This document shows, piece after piece, positions 58,701-64,000 of a stretch of 64,000 nucleotides of DNA. Numbering within the stretch: the first letter of the stretch is position 1; each line of letters begins with the position of its first letter. The DNA lies in NCBI GenBank assembly GCA_037447605.1, contig CM074820.1:992001-1056000 (forward strand), written 5' to 3'. The DNA is from Zygnema circumcarinatum SAG 698-1b. Its lineage: Eukaryota > Plantae > Zygnematophyceae. Position numbers and translations under genes: made by a program. The notes beneath the pieces are model-generated. The model did not search any database and was not told the origin of the DNA. It was given only the letters and a program-made list of their open reading frames with translations.

Positions 58701-60167
58701 ACATCCACATTTCCTTCCATATTCCTATTGCTACTTTCATCTGCTTTACCAGTTTTCCCTTCTGCTGCCAACAAAACTTTAACATTTTCGAAACCAGCTG
58801 CGAGTTGTTGTTCACCATTCTCGTGGGATTCAAACAAATCGTTGCCAGACTCCTTTGTCTCTTCCGAAACAGACTCCCTGCCTGACATTGCAGCAGCACC
58901 TGCATGTTTCTCACCGTCGGCTATTGCCATGGCTTTCGCAACCATTCCTCCATCTGTCTGTCTCTTTGCTTGATCCCTTTCACCGTGCATTCCAGATCCT
59001 AATTCTCCACCGCTTCTCTTTTCCACCCTTTTCCTTCCCTCGCCTGCACAACCCCCCAAAAGATTCTCACTGAATGTCCTTTAATGCCTCAAAATTTTCG
59101 GGATTCCTTCACGTCCTTTCGCACTATCATCTAGCAGCACATGAGATTTAGCACGAGTTCCGGCCCATCTTGGCTTCCTTCCAAGTTTTTATTAAGTTAG
59201 GTACACGAGCTAAAGGCACGAGCAAGGGACGCTAAGTTGAGATGGCACGCACGAATTCTCTCGGGCTGAATATTCACAACTTAATTTTAACAGTGCAGAG
59301 ATGTAAGCCTTTCATTTGTTCCAAGCAAAGGAGCCGAGGATTTACGTAAACGACGAGGCCGTGCAGAAAGAACCTAGCTCTCATGCACAAACAGTATTCA
59401 ACGATAGCATTCTTATCAGCAATTGAGAAGAGGAAGTGTTCCTTAGGACGGGACCTCAGGACGGTCAAGCGTAGAAGCCAACAGGGTCTGGTCTGGAATG
59501 ATTAGGGGTTGCAGACATTTGACAATCGAACAAGAACTTCTCCTACCTGGACCCAAAAGTTCTTGTGCGTGTCATGAGGTAAATAGGACGAGAAAAGAGT
59601 CAAAATGCGAACCTCCAAGAGGTTCACATTTTAAGAACGTATGCTCATGCAAACCTTTTTAGAATCGCTAAGAAGCGCGGGTAACCAGAATGAGTGTGGT
59701 CCAGAGAGAAGCAACTTCAACTTCCGGTGAAAACAGCTGGAATACGCTGATGAATGCTTAGCTGCACAGCTGCTCATTAACGTACCAATAGGCGGGCGTG
59801 GCTGAACCTCCACGGTTGTCCCTGTCGTATAGAGGAGGAGCAGCAAAGAGAGGAAAAACAAAAGAGCAGCGAGTCGCTGCATGTTGCTCTTCCTCATAAA
59901 ACCTATCATTGCCTTTTTAGTAGGAGAGAGCTCCGAAGCCGTACGAAACCTAAACAAAGTGCCGCCATCCTGCAAGTGGCCTCCGAAATCCCCCCGCTTT
60001 GTCCCTGAAGGCTCATGACGGCAAGATCGCGTCTTTACCCTCCAATCTAATCGCATCTGCGACGCCAATGCCGCCTCTGAAGGTAGGGAACCGATCGACA
60101 CGTGCTCCTCTGCATTGTCAAGGCAGCTAACCATGGGGGGAGGTTCTCCAGAAAGCATTTTCATCAT
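55731..60167 (-). CDS. Glycosyltransferase family 61 (xylosyl/arabinosyltransferase-like), type II membrane protein
   Basis: TM segment RLAALLFFLSLLLLLY; FSCNRTHWRTDVCVMRGD; KVKPYTRKWE; CDVYHSVPAIVFSTAGYTGNLYHEFHDG; LIPIYITS; HCFREVTVG; RPLLSIISREGTRVLTNEEEV; MLGVHGAGMTHFLFMRP; QVVPLG..YYGDPS..LGLQYEEYKIS..ESSL; YLENQNVTLN. The 5' exon structure is approximate. Confidence 0.9.
56176..56263 (+). repeat. Interstitial telomere-like array (TTTTTAGGG)~10 in a GT61 intron
   Basis: About ten degenerate 9-bp T5AG3 units. Confidence 0.8.
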
Positions 60168-60856
60168 CCAAATCAAAGTGCCTTATCAATACGTAGACTC
60201 CTGCAGGAGATCCCCCGCCATGGAACGGGGCTCCGGCAGACATAACCTCTTCTGCAGGAGCTCTAAATGCAGCTGCTGAAGGGAAGCCCCCTTGGCCCCC
60301 TTCCTCCCTCCCTCCCCCCCTTGACAAGGCCCCCTCCAGGGAGGGCTCCGAGCTTGGAGCCCTGCTCCAGGGAGGGAGCTCCCATTCCATGCTGCAGTCC
60401 CGCTCCTCGTAACGGAGCCTGTGTATCATTACTGAACGGGAAAGCGTTATATAGTCATAGCGACGCTGTTAAACGAGGACAGCGAAAATTCGCTGAATTC
60501 GCGTGGAGAAATCTCCGCCGTCCAAAATGTCTCCGTCTGGAATGGATGCATCTTCGCCGTCCAAAGCTTCCGAGTTTGAAGGACAGATCGGCGCCGTTGA
60601 AAGCTTAAAAATCGGCAACGGACCGGCCCTGCTCGTCGACTGGAAACGCATCGCAGCCGTCGAATAGTTTGGACGCATATTCAATATGTCGTGTTCTGGT
60701 CGTGCACACTCATGGGTTGTGGGCGCATCTTGGCAATTCTTGCATGGTGCGACCCAGGCATGACAGACAGACAGGACCCCCTCAAATCCTGGATTTCTTT
60801 TTTGGGCACTGCAGCTTTCTTTTTGCAACGGCCTTCCTTATTCCTTGAAAAAGGAA

Positions 60857-61118
60857 GTGGCATTGATCTCTCGATGGCGATGATGCCATCAAATGTAGAT
60901 GGACAAAACTATCATGGGAAACCACGAGAAAATAACTGGTTGCAAAGGACCTAAGCGCAAAAGAAAAACGCTAGGAGCGAAAAACCCTAAAAACCTTTCT
61001 TCCTTTCTTTCCTCATCAACGGCCTCCTCCTCGGCGACCAGTTATTCGTGGTTCCCCATAATGATTTTGTCGATGTACATTTTATGGCATTGCCATCGTG
61101 AGATCAATACCACATCAC
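60857..61118. repeat. Two CRE 3'-terminal fragments in inverted orientation (60857-60955 minus, 61034-61118 plus)
   Basis: Both match the 15045-15155 copy; their 3' ends point outward around a spacer of about 80 bp. Confidence 0.8.
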
Positions 61119-61830
61119 TCCCCTTCCTTATTACTCCTTATTTTCAATTTTCCAAACCATAGTCAAACTTAAAAGCATTGAAAGCATTCAGGAGTGTCCA
61201 CCCTCTGAGTGACTAGGTCGGTTCCAATCCGAGGATTCCAAGATTAACTGTTAAACAATCAGCAGCAGTGGCGACCTGGTTCTGCTCAGCGCATTCTTAC
61301 GTTTTTCTAACGTTGATAGTCATTTCAGGCTTTCTCTTATTCCATGTGCCGCAAGCATGGCAGGTACAATACTTTTAGCCTATGGCAAAAGTCAGATGAG
61401 GGCTTAACTTGGGGTTAATTCTGTCCACGGGCGAAGTCTTATCGTGAGCTCACGGCGCTCGCCGTAGGTCCGCGCTCGGCCACAAAAGATGACCCCCCCC
61501 CCAACACAAACGCAGACTGACGCCGGTTGCTTGGACGTTAAGGAAAATTGCCACACATATGCTAAAATGTGTAAGAAAATGTCGCCTTCAATGCCGTGGC
61601 GACCTAAGCCAAAATTGCTGTAGCACGCTCTACAATGTCCACCTGTGCTATGCTTCCAGATACTTCGAAATTGCTCATTGCCAAAACAAAACTCTAATCC
61701 AGGCCGCCATAGATCCATCAGGAAAAAACCATCTAACCCTAATCCTCACTCTCTTCCTAATTAAAATTATACGGACCATTACGGCCTTTCGTAACTGTTG
61801 ACTGACCTGGAAGAGCACTTAGTTATGCAG

Positions 61831-64000
61831 TCAAACGGGTCTACTGAGCATGCGCTCGATTTCCTCCAAAGAGCGTCCTTTGGTTTCGATAATGAACTTG
61901 TCAACAAAAAGCACCCCGAGAAGGCACACGGCGGCAAAAAAGAGGTACACATAATTGATTCCCACCGCGTTCACAATTGCCAGAAACGAGAGCCCAATAA
62001 AGAAGTTGCAGACCTGCACAAAATCCAGTAGACTTTCACGGTGTCAGTTGCTTGCCAGCCTCCACTCTTCACAATCAAAGTGTACTATCATTGCCAGCTG
62101 AAATCCCCCCTGGAGAACCTTCCGTGCTGGTAGACAATATGAGGTGCATCCTATTCAGCTCCTGCAATACTCCATAGCATCTTGAAACTTCAAAGATCAC
62201 ACATTCTGCTAAAAAGTACACAGTGGGACCTAACAAAGAAATAACTTCCTTCAACGTTGGCAGAACAAGTATGAAGTTCCTAAAAAATGCCACGAATACG
62301 CGATGCAGTTCCCTATGCAGTTTTGACACAAGGGCTCCAAATTCCAAAAAAAAAAAAAACCTCCTCTCCTCCTCAAATCCTTCTGTTATTCTTACCCAAT
62401 GGACTCCAAGGCTGAGTGCCACTGCCTTCGCTCGAATGCGAGAAGGAAAAATCTCAGGCAGGAGAAGAGCCGGAACGGGTCCAACACCGAGCGAGAACGC
62501 CAAGACATAGCTGCAAGAAAGCAACAACACCCAAGTTTTAGATGCTAAGTCCATTCCTCTTCCTGAGCTGAAAGGTCAGATTCTGACATCCATCATCGAT
62601 GAGGCTTGCTGCAAAGGGAGAAATACACGAGCTCATACACAACGCATGACCATTTTACAAGAGGGCTACAAGGCTTGCCTTAAAGCGAGAAAACCCGTAG
62701 AAGTTCCTATGAAAATGAACAGACCTTCCCCTTAAGACATTTCGATTTCATTGCCATTCATAGACCATTCATTCTATTGCATATGGCAAGCATGATGAAG
62801 TAACACCTTCATCGGGAAAGAAGCAATCCCAAAGCAGTTCAAAGGTCAGTGCAAAGAAAAAAATTGAAGGCGAATTTAACTCACGCAACAGTGCCCCCCA
62901 CGGCGAGCAGTCCTGAGTACGCCTCCAACGCCTTCCAGGACAGTGCGAGTGCAAGGACAAGCATTGAGGCAGCCTATAGTCACAAACCCCCCTTTATATT
63001 CTCAGTTAACCTATAAAAACCTATGGAAGGTCTCTACAGTCAGGATGTGCCGTTCCATATAAAAAACAAAAAACGTTTATGAAAAACGTCACAACTGAGC
63101 TTGACAAATCCAGCAACGGTAGGATGCATGCAGCATGCTGAAATAATTCTGAAGCGAAAGATTGCGAACATTCTTCAAGGTTGAGTGAGAATACCATTCC
63201 GGCAAATGAAAGTGACAGCAACTTCTTGCGTCCCTGCTTATCCATTAGTCCCGATGCCACTCCAGTGCCTGAGTCAAACAGAACATGATTTTAGACAACC
63301 TTCATCAATTGGAACATTTACTCCTCTCGACGGAGCTGAGTTAAGTGAAAGCTTCAAATTCGTTGATACGAATTTCCCCCCACATGAACTTAAGGAAACG
63401 GCTGTCCTTTCCGTCTGCTTTTCTTTCTGTCTGTTTTCTGTCTGATAGGAAAAAGGAACTTACCGACCACATTTGCCAATCCAACAAGTGCACTTGCTGC
63501 CACATCAGACTTGATGCCAACTCGACGGAAAACAGCAGTTGAGTAGTAAACCACGGCATTGATTCCCGCAAACTGTTGAAATAGGTATATGGCGGCTCCC
63601 AGGCCCACGACTGAGTTTTGCATGCCCCCACCACCCCAAGATGTTCCATCTGCTCAGCAAACCTTCTAGCCTTTTTGTTGTGGTGACTTCAAGATGCTCC
63701 ACAAAAAACTTCACCAATAACAATAACATGACAAAGCTTTCCCTTTTCCCATCCTCCATTCCCCGGTAGAACCCAAAAAATAAACACACAAGGTGGACAG
63801 AACATAGATACTAAATACACACCAGCACATACTTAAATTCAACGGCGATATGTAGCAACGTCCCTGACTTACCCTTCCGATACCTCGCACTCAGCATATC
63901 ACTCCAACCAGCTTCTGCGGAATCCCCTGCTTCTGAACTACTTCGAGAAAGATCCTCCATGGCCTTAGCAGTCCGCCCCTTTCCCCATAACCTTGTGACT
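61831..64000 (-). CDS. PGLCT: Plastidic glucose transporter (MFS sugar porter), 5'-partial
   Basis: EAGWSDMLSARYRK|VVGLGAAIYLFQQFAGINAVVYYSTAVF..GIKSDVAASALVG; ASGLMDKQGRKKLLSLSFAGM; YVLAFSLGVGPVPALLLPEIFPSRIRAKAVALSLGVHW; VCNFFIGLSFL...IETKGRSLEEIE..* at 61831. Confidence 0.95.

Noticed and set aside
60127-60429. 100-aa ORF overlapping the GT61 start
   Set aside because: It is out of frame with the GT61 N-terminus and shows no homology; it may be 5' UTR or a uORF but is unsupported.

Overview
Eukaryotic nuclear DNA from a green-plant (streptophyte) genome; the sequence alone does not fix the species. It is intron-rich and has five 10-N assembly gaps. Ten multi-exon genes are recognisable: an SLC35F5/THI74-like EamA transporter (3' part), proteasome alpha-3 (PAC1), MPS1 kinase, plastid-type Mfd/TRCF helicase, PDK1, the Hsp70 exchange factor FES1, the TREX-2 PCI protein EER5/PCID2, kinesin-14 KAC/KCA, a GT61 glycosyltransferase and plastid glucose transporter pGlcT (3' part). 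A mobile-element cluster at about 4.3-9.8 kb holds a degenerate CRE-type (restriction-like endonuclease) non-LTR retrotransposon whose last 450 bp is inverted exactly in place. It also holds a second truncated copy of that element carrying nested hAT and Tc1/mariner MITEs, and two MITE families flanked by AAT. Short 3'-anchored tails of the CRE element, with a conserved hairpin, are scattered across the window. The most striking observation is that MPS1 has no stop codon after the kinase domain. It appears to splice in frame into a poly-proline + WH2 + central + acidic-Trp (WASP-like VCA) tail, suggesting a checkpoint kinase fused to an Arp2/3-activating module. No tRNA, rRNA or CRISPR array was found.
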